Below are positions 11,269-20,069 of a stretch of DNA of 64,000 bases, one piece after another. This DNA comes from Bdellovibrionota bacterium (GTDB taxonomy: Bacteria > Bdellovibrionota > FAC87 > UBA2466): positions 10,144-74,143 of the forward strand of contig JBGTAN010000037.1 of the NCBI GenBank assembly GCA_041749855.1, given 5' to 3'. Numbering within the stretch: the stretch's first letter is position 1; every line of letters begins with the position of its first letter. Under the pieces are notes generated by a model. The model saw nothing but the letters and a program-made list of their open reading frames with translations, was not told the DNA's origin and did no database searches. Made by a program: the position numbers and the translations under genes.

Positions 11269-11993
11269 CGTTCCTCCAAAACTTTGGCAAGTCGGCCCTG
11301 CACGTCCGCATACGCCTCTTCCATACCGCCGAGATCTTGCCGAAACCGGTCCTTGTCCTTGGACTCACCCGTTTCCTTGTCCCAGAGGCGGCATCCGTCC
11401 GGCGAGAACTCGTCTGCGAGTAAAATCTTCCCGGTTCCCGGTTCTCGGCCAAACTCCAACTTGAAATCGATGAGTTCTAAGCCTGTGCGGGAAAATAAAG
11501 CGTGCAGCAGCTGGTTAACCTGCAAAGACAGATGGCGGACGATGCCCAGTTCCTCTTCCGTCGCCCAGCCAAACTGATAGATGTGGTTCTCTCCAATGAG
11601 CGGATCTCCGAGCGCGTCATTCTTGAAGAAGTACTCAACCAAAGGTTCTTTGAACGACTGACCCTTTTCCAGCCCCAAGCGTTTCAAAATAGATCCGGCG
11701 GCTCGATTGCGAACTACTACTTCGACCGGAATGATTTCCACTTTCTTCACGAGCATCTCTCGGTCCGAAAGCTTTTCAACAAAGTGCGTGGGGATTCCGT
11801 ACTTGGTCAGATAGCGAAACAACCAAGTAGAGACGGTGTTGTTGACAACGCCCTTACCGTCGATAGAAGCGCGCTTCTGCGCGTTAAATGCCGTAGCATC
11901 ATCCTTGAAATATTGAACGAGTAAGTCGGGAGCACCTTCAGCTTCGAAAAGCTGTTTGGCCTTACCCTCGTACAGAAGCTTTCCCTTGAGCAT
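11265..11993 (-). CDS. purC: SAICAR synthetase
   Basis: Conserved LLYEGKAK N-terminus and SAICAR synthetase fold motifs. Confidence 0.93.
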   Translation of the reverse strand: MLKGKLLYEGKAKQLFEAEGAPDLLVQYFKDDATAFNAQKRASIDGKGVVNNTVSTWLFRYLTKYGIPTHFVEKLSDREMLVKKVEIIPVEVVVRNRAAGSILKRLGLEKGQSFKEPLVEYFFKNDALGDPLIGENHIYQFGWATEEELGIVRHLSLQVNQLLHALFSRTGLELIDFKLEFGREPGTGKILLADEFSPDGCRLWDKETGESKDKDRFRQDLGGMEEAYADVQGRLAKVLEER

Positions 11994-11995
11994 CG

Positions 11996-13288
11996 CTACC
12001 CCAGCACTTTCTTAAAGAGGTAGTCGATGTGCCGGAAGTAGTTGCTTGTATCAAAAATCGCTTCCAGGTTCTTGCCGGGAAGGGCCGCGGTCACCCTGGG
12101 GTCTGACTTAAGGAGATTTAGAAAGGGTTCCCGTCTATCCAGGGCAGCCAATGCGTGTTTCTGAACGAGTCCGTAGGCCTCATCGCGCGATAACCCGCTA
12201 TCAATGAGCGACAGCAAGACCCGTTGTGAAAAAACAACCCCTTGGAGCAGGTTCAGATTCTCAAGCATTCGCTCGGGGAATGTTTCAAGATTCTCTAAGA
12301 CCTGACCCAAGCGGTTCAAAATATAGTCGGCGAGGATATTTGCATCGGGACCAATGACGCGTTCCACGGACGAATGGCTGATGTCACGCTCATGCCAGAG
12401 AGCGCAATCTTCCATCGCGGGAATTGCCATCGAGCGCAGCAATCGGGACAGACCACAGAGATTTTCTGATGAAATGGGGTTGCGCTTATGAGGCATCGCA
12501 GAGGAGCCCTTTTGCCCCTTGCTGAATCCCTCTCGCACTTCGCTTACTTCAGTGCGTTGCAGGTGGCGGATCTCGGTCGCAATCATTTCCACCGAAGAGG
12601 CAGTCAAAGCGAGGGCGTTAAAATAGGCGGCAAAACGATCCCGAGCAATGACCTGGGTTGAAAGCGAATCCGGCGCAAGGCCCAAGCTGCTGCAGACGTG
12701 TACTTCGATTTCCGGAGGCAAGTGCGCATAGTTGCCTACCGCACCCGAAATTTTACCGACGGAAATTTCTTGCTGCGCGCTCACGATGCGAGCACGCGAA
12801 CGCTTAAGGGCATCGTGCCACAGCAGCCATTTAGTCCCCATGGTCATGGGCTCAGCATGGATGCCGTGGGTACGTCCCATCATCGGGACTAGTTTTTCCT
12901 TGAGCGCGCGCGCCTTGGTAATGGCGAGAACTTTGTCGAGTTCCACTAGAACGAGCTCGCTCGACTTTTTCATCCGGTAGGCAAATGCCGTATCGACGAC
13001 GTCGCTGCTGGTCAGACCCCAGTGAATGTATCTTCCCGCATCGCCCACCTGCTCTTGCACGACGGACACGAAAGCGGCGACATCATGTTTGGTTTCTTGT
13101 TCCCGCCTGAGGACTTCTTGAAGGTCGAAATCCGCCTTGCTTCGAATGGTTTTAAGCGCGTCGGCCGGAATCTTTCCCAGCTTCGCCCAGCCTTCGCAAG
13201 CCAGCACTTCTATGTCGAGCCACGTGCGAAACTGAGCTTCGATAGACCAGAGGGCGGCCATCGCGGGTCTTTGATAGCGCTCTATCAA
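11996..13288 (-). CDS. purB: Adenylosuccinate lyase
   Basis: MIERYQRP...HWGLTSSDVVDT, fumarate-lyase signature SSAMPHKRNP. Confidence 0.95.
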   Translation of the reverse strand: MIERYQRPAMAALWSIEAQFRTWLDIEVLACEGWAKLGKIPADALKTIRSKADFDLQEVLRREQETKHDVAAFVSVVQEQVGDAGRYIHWGLTSSDVVDTAFAYRMKKSSELVLVELDKVLAITKARALKEKLVPMMGRTHGIHAEPMTMGTKWLLWHDALKRSRARIVSAQQEISVGKISGAVGNYAHLPPEIEVHVCSSLGLAPDSLSTQVIARDRFAAYFNALALTASSVEMIATEIRHLQRTEVSEVREGFSKGQKGSSAMPHKRNPISSENLCGLSRLLRSMAIPAMEDCALWHERDISHSSVERVIGPDANILADYILNRLGQVLENLETFPERMLENLNLLQGVVFSQRVLLSLIDSGLSRDEAYGLVQKHALAALDRREPFLNLLKSDPRVTAALPGKNLEAIFDTSNYFRHIDYLFKKVLG

Positions 13289-14457
13289 GGGGAAACCTTC
13301 ACTCCGGCCTGCTTCATGCGCAATTTTGTACGAGAGACCAGTTCAGTGACCGTATTTCTCAGCACACGGCGACCGAGTGTTTCGATCTCCTTAATGTCTG
13401 GAATCGGAAACTGCGCTGCTGTGTAGTAGCGCGCATAGCCATCTTCGTTCACATACCACTGGCCAATGACGTGGAAAAGCGTCTTCTGGCTCACTGGCAA
13501 AGGCCGGCCGGCCGGCGACCAATCGCCTACCTTGGGGAATAGGCGCTCGACTCGATTCACAAGGGCAGGTTGTTCGGATGTAAAAGTAAAACGAAACCCA
13601 TCGTGCGCAATGCCGTCGGCTTCGGCCACTGCGTCCGAAGTGGTTGCGTTCATCAGGTAACGAAAGCTGAGCGCAGGAAAAAGCTCATGAATCTTGGGTC
13701 CCAACACCCAGATGGCCATCTTGAAAGTTCCTATGGGAAGCTCGTTCTTCTCGGGCTCAAATTTGAAACTTCCCGGCCCTGTCTGTGAAACGTAGTTGAA
13801 GTTTAGAATGTTGTCGAAGCCACCCGGAGCAAACTTGAGATAGTTGGTGGTATCGAGCAATGAAGTCTTTGCGATCTCATAAAAAGCTTTTAGCTCCGCG
13901 GTGTCTTTCGTGAGCAGCTGACAGGATCCGTCGGAGACGTACCAGGTCCGCTCGGGTTCCACGCGATCGGCTCTAACGGTCCAGGGCACCACATCCTGAG
14001 TGGAGCATTCTCCACACTTTTCGATCAGGATCACCAACTCGTCGCGCACGAGATCGTTCGCTTTGCCCGCAGCATCCAACGCATCATTGAGTTTGCGGAT
14101 GGCTGGGTCGGCATCCGCGAGGGCCTTGCCCTTCGCGTCGGGCGCCAGTCGATAGTCTTCCGGGGTCTCTGCTACCAACATTTCAGGCTTGAGCTTGCCG
14201 TTGCGTTCGGTGCGCAACTTATCGAGCGTTTCGAGCCCTGCTTCGTAAACCTGGCGCTTGGCTGCCAGCTCGCCCACGCATTGGGTGTCTTGAATCTTTT
14301 TCTCAAAGAAAGTGCGGGCGGAATCGCCAAACAACACCTTATCGTAACCCGGAGTGGGGTTAACCGGCGCTTCGTCACGCAGAATTTTAGCGGGCGCGGC
14401 TGAAAGCGTGGAAAGAGAAGTGCTTAATATTACAATACAAAACAGAGATCTGAACAT
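13285..14457 (-). CDS. Secreted hypothetical protein (about 390 aa), no recognisable domain
   Basis: Signal peptide MFRSLFCIVILSTSLSTLSAAP; its 3' end overlaps the purB start by 4 bp, implying co-transcription with the pur genes. Confidence 0.6.
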   Translation of the reverse strand: MFRSLFCIVILSTSLSTLSAAPAKILRDEAPVNPTPGYDKVLFGDSARTFFEKKIQDTQCVGELAAKRQVYEAGLETLDKLRTERNGKLKPEMLVAETPEDYRLAPDAKGKALADADPAIRKLNDALDAAGKANDLVRDELVILIEKCGECSTQDVVPWTVRADRVEPERTWYVSDGSCQLLTKDTAELKAFYEIAKTSLLDTTNYLKFAPGGFDNILNFNYVSQTGPGSFKFEPEKNELPIGTFKMAIWVLGPKIHELFPALSFRYLMNATTSDAVAEADGIAHDGFRFTFTSEQPALVNRVERLFPKVGDWSPAGRPLPVSQKTLFHVIGQWYVNEDGYARYYTAAQFPIPDIKEIETLGRRVLRNTVTELVSRTKLRMKQAGVKVSP

Positions 14458-14533
14458 TGGACGGCCTCTCAAACAGGTTGGACCACAGAGATGGCGCCAA
14501 AATAGTGAAATGCCGATCGGATTTCAAGGTCCG

Positions 14534-17185
14534 TCAGCTCTGCGATGCGGCAGAAACCGGGCGATTGACTATCTGGTCAAGTGTTTCCAAAAACGCGTCC
14601 AGCTCGCCACTCGACTCCCACTCTTGGAGGAGCCCTGCGATAGCCTTCATTCGGTCGTTACGAACCAAGGAGAGAAGACTAATCGTCGACTTCAAAGTGC
14701 CTTCTTTGGAGAGCCGGCGAAGTTCAGCAATCATTTTGCCGCTCGACTGTTTTCCTAGCGTCTTCGTAGCCAGCGTCCAGAGCGTGCGAAAAGCGCCCTC
14801 TCCGACGAATTTCACCATCCACTCACGTTCAGACTCACTAAAAGCTTGGCGTGCTCCGCCAAAACCGCCCGACTGGAAGTGGTGAACGAGCGCTGCCATG
14901 GTCTCAGGATTGGATTGGACCAGTTCGGCTGCAAACTGCCAGTGAACCTCGCTGCCTTTGCGCCCATTCCGGTCTTCTAAAACCTGCTGGATGAAATCGG
15001 CCAGTGCTCGGTGGCGCTGGGGTTGGATGCGAGCTGCAAGACGAAAAAGGCTAGCAGCACTTCCTTCGCCTACCCAGGAGTGGGCGGAGGGGAAACGCGC
15101 TTTCGCGGAGTTGTCCGGGCCACCGTCCAGAGCGAAAATCCCCGAGGCACCGACAAACACCCAAGCATCTGAAAGGGTCTTCCATTCGCGTGGTCCTACT
15201 TCGCGCAAAACCTCGAGATAGGAAGCAAAGGGTGAATTACGAGTTGCCCCCGTATTCGTATCCAGCTCCTTCAGCATTCCCATTGAGTCGAGAATGCGAT
15301 TGAACCGCGTCGCGAGATCGGGTCGCCCTTCATAAAACTCGAGTAAAATCTCTCGTGCTTTGTCCGACATTTGCTCGATGGCAATGCCGTCGAAAAGAAC
15401 GGCGCGCAGCGACTTCAAAGTTTCTGCTGGCATGCTCGCAAGCATGCGATGGGCGGAGAGCAACAGGTTGTCGCTTTCCATATTGTCGAGTGGGCTCAAT
15501 CCGGAAGCATTCTCCCGAATGAGATACGAAATGATGGAGCGGAGCAGGGCCGACCCGTCCGCAAAACTGCGCGTTTCGTCTAACGATTCAACAGCGGCTC
15601 GGAGGCTCAATTTAAAGGAGTCTTCGCGCCCTGGAATCGAGTATCCGAAGTTGCCGAGTCCATTGGGGCAATTGCGAGAGAGCGCGGCGGAGAGTTCCGT
15701 CAAACCGAATTCCTCAATCTCCTTGAGAGCCGATTTGGAGAAAACTTCGACAACCACCGGTTGTCCTGCAACGGCGCCTGGAACTGCAGAGGCACAGTTG
15801 TCTTTTCCGGGATCGCGCTCAGCAAACTCGGTGAAGAAAAGCTCGAAGGGCGCCGACGAAGTGGGAAGATCCCAAAGCGCAGATTGAAACTTTGCCGGGT
15901 CGAGTTTCTTCAACTTCTCAAGATGGGCTTCGAGTGTGGTGACCGTCCATTTGGTCAGGACATAACTGTTCAAGAAAAGGGGAAGGTTGACGAGCAGGTA
16001 GTCTGGCGAACCCGGTTCACGAGGCACTCCCGTGATGTTTGCCATGGCAGCGCGCGCCGATACGAAAAAATCCGATACAGCTTGTTCGTGTTTGGAGGAA
16101 TTCTTGTCTCCCAAAGCTAACCAGAAGTCGCGTCCGTAAGCCGTTTGATTCGGGTTCTGCAGGTTCGCATAGAGCAAACCGAAAATAGTTTGGGGAACTA
16201 CTGGAAGGTAGGGCAATACCCGTAGCGGCACATTGGGTTGTACCACCGTCCCCAAAACTTCGACGAGCTGGGGCTTTCGTTCCAAGTTCACTTGCACCTG
16301 AGAAAACAATCCATCGGAAGGTCCATTGAGGGCGAGCATCAAGTCCATCAGGGAATCGAATTGACTCGGAGGGACACCGCGAGAGGGATCGCGAGGTGTC
16401 GAAATCATTCTCGAAAAACCCTTCCCGATCCCTTCAAATGCAAAACCGTCGTGTCGGTCATTCACCACACGCAAGCCATGCATCAGTCCTACGACGGGCC
16501 ACGAATTCGAAAGCGAGTCACAAAGACCGACCCACAGGTCTTTGAGGCCAGGCACCGCCAGAAACTTTGAAATATCGGTGACCACTTGGCGCGAATCTGA
16601 GGTGACTACCGGGCAAGGACCTTTACTACAGTCTTTTGGTGGCTCAAGCGCTTTTTGGTATTCCGACGACAGCTCCGCCAGAGACTCATCCAAACCCGGA
16701 GAGAGGAAGCCTACATCGCGTTCGATGATGTCGAGAAACCAGGGAGAGGAAGCAATGGTTTGGAAAAGGCTGCCATAGCTTCGCAGGCCTTCCGCGTCGG
16801 CAGCAAAACTCTGATCTCGCATTTTAGAGAAGGCTTTTTCGGACACCCGTCTGCGGAGCAAACTGATCAGTCCATCCCCGTCATGAGCGGGCTGATAGAT
16901 GAAATCAGTGAGAACTTTGCCGAGCGACTCCAGTTCCGAGTTATCGGATTCCAAAACAAAGGGAGCGAGGCCGTTGAGTTTTCCCTTTTCGTTAAGGGAG
17001 GTAAAAATCTCTCGAATGTCGCTCGCATCGATGGAGTCGTCCAAAATGACACGCTCTGGCCCTCGTGTTCCATGTCCTGGGAGTTTCGGAGCCGGGGGCG
17101 GGTTACCGCAGGAAGCGAGCCCAGCCAAAGTAAGAGCGCAGACGGCAGACTGAGCAAATCTTGTGAAATGTAGTTGGATGTTCAC
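14534..17185 (-). CDS. Large (883 aa) predominantly alpha-helical lipoprotein of unknown function
   Basis: Signal peptide plus lipobox LAGLASC; long uninterrupted ORF with good coding character; no recognisable catalytic motifs. Confidence 0.65.
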   Translation of the reverse strand: MNIQLHFTRFAQSAVCALTLAGLASCGNPPPAPKLPGHGTRGPERVILDDSIDASDIREIFTSLNEKGKLNGLAPFVLESDNSELESLGKVLTDFIYQPAHDGDGLISLLRRRVSEKAFSKMRDQSFAADAEGLRSYGSLFQTIASSPWFLDIIERDVGFLSPGLDESLAELSSEYQKALEPPKDCSKGPCPVVTSDSRQVVTDISKFLAVPGLKDLWVGLCDSLSNSWPVVGLMHGLRVVNDRHDGFAFEGIGKGFSRMISTPRDPSRGVPPSQFDSLMDLMLALNGPSDGLFSQVQVNLERKPQLVEVLGTVVQPNVPLRVLPYLPVVPQTIFGLLYANLQNPNQTAYGRDFWLALGDKNSSKHEQAVSDFFVSARAAMANITGVPREPGSPDYLLVNLPLFLNSYVLTKWTVTTLEAHLEKLKKLDPAKFQSALWDLPTSSAPFELFFTEFAERDPGKDNCASAVPGAVAGQPVVVEVFSKSALKEIEEFGLTELSAALSRNCPNGLGNFGYSIPGREDSFKLSLRAAVESLDETRSFADGSALLRSIISYLIRENASGLSPLDNMESDNLLLSAHRMLASMPAETLKSLRAVLFDGIAIEQMSDKAREILLEFYEGRPDLATRFNRILDSMGMLKELDTNTGATRNSPFASYLEVLREVGPREWKTLSDAWVFVGASGIFALDGGPDNSAKARFPSAHSWVGEGSAASLFRLAARIQPQRHRALADFIQQVLEDRNGRKGSEVHWQFAAELVQSNPETMAALVHHFQSGGFGGARQAFSESEREWMVKFVGEGAFRTLWTLATKTLGKQSSGKMIAELRRLSKEGTLKSTISLLSLVRNDRMKAIAGLLQEWESSGELDAFLETLDQIVNRPVSAASQS

Positions 17186-17216
17186 GTTTCAGTTGTAGAA
17201 AGAGGAGAGAGCCTCG

Positions 17217-18152
17217 TCAATTTGTGGATGGGCTCGCCGGTTCCCTCAGTTTCTTAACAATTCTTGAACCCTCCCGATAGCCGGCCAGTATGGCGGCTCG
17301 TTTCGCGGAGAGATCTAATGGATCCTTTTGTAAAGTGATACTGCTAGAAAGTCCCGCGAGCTTCAAGGATTCTGTGGTGGTTTTGCGCAATTGTGACGCA
17401 TAGAGTCTACGGAAGAGCTCGTCTTCTTTTTCTCCCTTGGCCTTGTTCAGCGACTGAATGAAATCGTCATGCATCGATACGGCGATAATGATTTGCGAGC
17501 CCCGCCTGACCGCCTCGCGTACGTCCAGACCCTGAACGCCCTCTACCCAAGCAGTTCCGCGGTCGGCCACGAATTTGCGATGCAGGCCGGGAATGGAAAC
17601 CGTTTTGAGTAGAGGCTCTTTCCATTCCCCCGAGCCATAAACGTCCGCTTCTCCAACATCCGTGTTGGTTGCAGCGATCACCACGGGTACACGGGACTGA
17701 TTCAGAAGCTTCTGAGGAAACGACTTCAGGATGAAAGTGGGGAGATTGTCTTCCGGGTCTATCTCTTTGCGGAAATCGGAGCTGCCTAGCTTTTCGAGGT
17801 CCCTCTGGGAAAGCCGCGTGGCAAACCATTCAAGGTCATGAACCGTTTTCAGGAAGCCGTTCGCCAATGCAAAAAGGGCCGGCAGTCCGGTAGCGACAAT
17901 CAAGTCGATCTCGACGCCTTCCTCGTTGAGCTTCTTTAAAAGCCCGATCGTGGCGAAACTAGCGACCCCGGACCCCCCGAGGACCAAAGTCACATGGCCC
18001 CCTTTAGGCAAAGTGGGAGTTGCAGGAGGGGGCGTGCCTTGCTCGGTCGCCTCAAAACCCGCATCCGGTCCCTGGCTCGAGACATCGGCCTTCGAGGCAC
18101 AGCCGAAAAGTGAGAAAAGAAAAACGAAGATAAGTGAGCTAAAGTTTTTCAT
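17217..18152 (-). CDS. Patatin-like lipoprotein lacking the canonical GxSxG nucleophile (possible pseudo-phospholipase)
   Basis: Lipobox LFGCAS. The segment LVLGGSGVASFATIGLLKKLNEEGVEIDLIVATGLPA parallels the patatin oxyanion/nucleophile region (GGGxRG...DLIsGTSaGA), but the Ser is replaced (ATGLP). No GxSxG anywhere in the protein. Confidence 0.55.
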   Translation of the reverse strand: MKNFSSLIFVFLFSLFGCASKADVSSQGPDAGFEATEQGTPPPATPTLPKGGHVTLVLGGSGVASFATIGLLKKLNEEGVEIDLIVATGLPALFALANGFLKTVHDLEWFATRLSQRDLEKLGSSDFRKEIDPEDNLPTFILKSFPQKLLNQSRVPVVIAATNTDVGEADVYGSGEWKEPLLKTVSIPGLHRKFVADRGTAWVEGVQGLDVREAVRRGSQIIIAVSMHDDFIQSLNKAKGEKEDELFRRLYASQLRKTTTESLKLAGLSSSITLQKDPLDLSAKRAAILAGYREGSRIVKKLREPASPSTN

Positions 18153-18897
18153 AGTGGAGGAGGATTTCCTTGTTGCCGCTCTTTTTTCCTAAAAGGGGAG
18201 AGTCTTCGCTGGCGCCTTGTTGACTAAAGCCCTGCTTTTCCATGAATTCCGAAAAGTTTGCGAGTGCCTCTTTCGTGGCCTGTGGCCGCCGAACCAAGCC
18301 CCCTCGGCCCACATTTTTGGGGCCGACTTCAAACTGAGGTTTAAACAGAAGCAGCCAATCGCGTGCACGGCAAGCGGCCTTGGAAACCGGCTCAATCAGT
18401 AGGCGAAGCGAGATGAAAGATACATCGGCGACGACCAAATCAATTTGGGAGGCATCAGGATGAACTGCCAGAAGCTGTTCGGCGGTGAGAAATCGAGCGT
18501 TCGTGCGTTCCATCACGCTCACCTGAGGGTGGACGCGAAGCTTCTGATCTAGTTGCCCAGTGCCCACGTCGAGGGCAAAAACGCGCGAGGCACCTCGCTT
18601 AAGCAGGCAATCTGTAAAACCACCCGTCGACGAGCCGACATCCAAGCAAACTCTTCCGCTCGGGGAGACTTTGAACGTATTCAGTGCATGCTCTAGTTTA
18701 AAACCCCCTCTACTTGCAAAAAGTGGCGCGCGGGAGCGCACCTCTAGAGGGGTGTGGACCGAGACGCGCACGCCTGGTTTTTCGAGCCGTTGGGTACCTA
18801 GCCAGACTTCACCCGCCAGAACGGCTCGTTGCGCCTGTTCCCGACTGGGGAACAAGCCTCTCGACGTCAAAAGGGCATCCAGGCGCTCTGTGGGCAT
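18139..18897 (-). CDS. tlyA: TlyA-family 2'-O-ribose rRNA methyltransferase (hemolysin A-like)
   Basis: S4 domain plus FtsJ-like methyltransferase fold (GRVCLDVGSSTGGFTDCLL...VADVSFISL). Real start MPTERLDALL at 18897; the track ORF 18139..19125 is an N-terminal over-extension. Confidence 0.85.
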   Translation of the reverse strand: MPTERLDALLTSRGLFPSREQAQRAVLAGEVWLGTQRLEKPGVRVSVHTPLEVRSRAPLFASRGGFKLEHALNTFKVSPSGRVCLDVGSSTGGFTDCLLKRGASRVFALDVGTGQLDQKLRVHPQVSVMERTNARFLTAEQLLAVHPDASQIDLVVADVSFISLRLLIEPVSKAACRARDWLLLFKPQFEVGPKNVGRGGLVRRPQATKEALANFSEFMEKQGFSQQGASEDSPLLGKKSGNKEILLHYEKL

Positions 18898-18942
18898 GGG
18901 GCACCTTACCCCAAACCCGAGCGTTGTGGTAGCTTGCGGCCG

Positions 18943-20049
18943 ATGGACTCCTTGCCCCCGGAACCCATACGCCGAGCAGCACTTCGATCGTGGTTCGTCA
19001 TTTTGTTTACGGCTCCTGTTGTTCTCGGCGCCGGATTTTGGGCCTACCAGTGGCAGACCGGAAAACAAGAAATGTCGCAGCTCGCGAATGACTTTATTCA
19101 GAGACAAAACCGTGTGCTTGCCCATGATGCGCTTCGAGTTTCGGGTGAAGTCTCGAGCCTCCTACTTCAAGCCGCGCGGGATTTGCGAGCGATGGCTGCT
19201 TTGCCCGCTCAACCCAAGGTCTACGAAAGTTTCCTTCAGGCGCTCAAGCCACTTCCCAGTTTGAAGCGTGAGCCCGAGGGGCAAGGTGCCTTCCCCGTCT
19301 ACAACCGCGCCCTAGTGGCAAGTCAGAATGGGAAACTTCTTTTGATTCGAGACGGTCGTATTGATCCGAGTGTGACTCGGTTGTCGGAGTGTCTCGCAAA
19401 AGATCTCTGCGATGTGGCAAGCGTCAGTAGTGCTCTGAAGCTTGAAACGGGGAAGGTTTACATCGGTAAAGGTTTGCGTTGGTACACGCCTCAGGGCGCG
19501 GCAGATTCCGACGGGACAGGAACGCTTAGCGTTGCCCTGAAGGGGGAGCGAGGGGTTTTTGTTCTTGGAATCGATTTCCATTCATTCGATCTGCTGACGC
19601 GACTCCCGGCGTTTCCCTACCAAAAAAGGGGAGAGGCGCTGGAGGACTACGAGGCGGGGAACTATATTTATATTCTCGACCGCGATACCGATTTGCTGGC
19701 CCATCCGAAACCTTGGCATGTGATGGGAATCGATCGGCAAACGGGTCAGGCTTTGCCTCCCATGCGCAATGACGCTGACGCGGGAAAACGCCCCTTGAAT
19801 TTTACGCTCTATCAGGAGGGGGTCCTCAGGCCCTATTTCGATAGGCTTTTGGAGCGCTCCTTCAAGGCGTCGGAGGTCGATGTTTTTCAGGCTGCGAACC
19901 TGAGTGGCACCATTCGAGTCATCTCGATTGCGCCGATTATTCCAGATTCTGAAGTATTCGGTTTGAAAGGGCCTTTTGGCTATGCGGGCGTAGGCTGCGC
20001 TCTAGAGTATTTTGAAGAGCCCGAACCCCGGTTGATTCCTTACTACTAG
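18943..20049 (+). CDS. Membrane-anchored periplasmic Cache-like (double-Cache-like) sensor domain protein without an output domain
   Basis: Single N-terminal transmembrane helix (TM; WFVILFTAPVVLGAGFWAY) then a roughly 330-aa extracytoplasmic domain; no kinase, MCP or GGDEF module follows. Start taken at the internal Met (MDSLPP). Confidence 0.5.
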   Translation: MDSLPPEPIRRAALRSWFVILFTAPVVLGAGFWAYQWQTGKQEMSQLANDFIQRQNRVLAHDALRVSGEVSSLLLQAARDLRAMAALPAQPKVYESFLQALKPLPSLKREPEGQGAFPVYNRALVASQNGKLLLIRDGRIDPSVTRLSECLAKDLCDVASVSSALKLETGKVYIGKGLRWYTPQGAADSDGTGTLSVALKGERGVFVLGIDFHSFDLLTRLPAFPYQKRGEALEDYEAGNYIYILDRDTDLLAHPKPWHVMGIDRQTGQALPPMRNDADAGKRPLNFTLYQEGVLRPYFDRLLERSFKASEVDVFQAANLSGTIRVISIAPIIPDSEVFGLKGPFGYAGVGCALEYFEEPEPRLIPYY

Positions 20050-20069
20050 CTGGGCTAAGAGACTTAAAG

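Noticed and set aside
18139-19125. Track ORF giving TlyA a 76-aa N-terminal extension (MGKHTV...)
   Set aside because: Homology begins at MPTERLDALL (ATG at 18897). The extension would overlap the divergent Cache-like gene and has no conservation.
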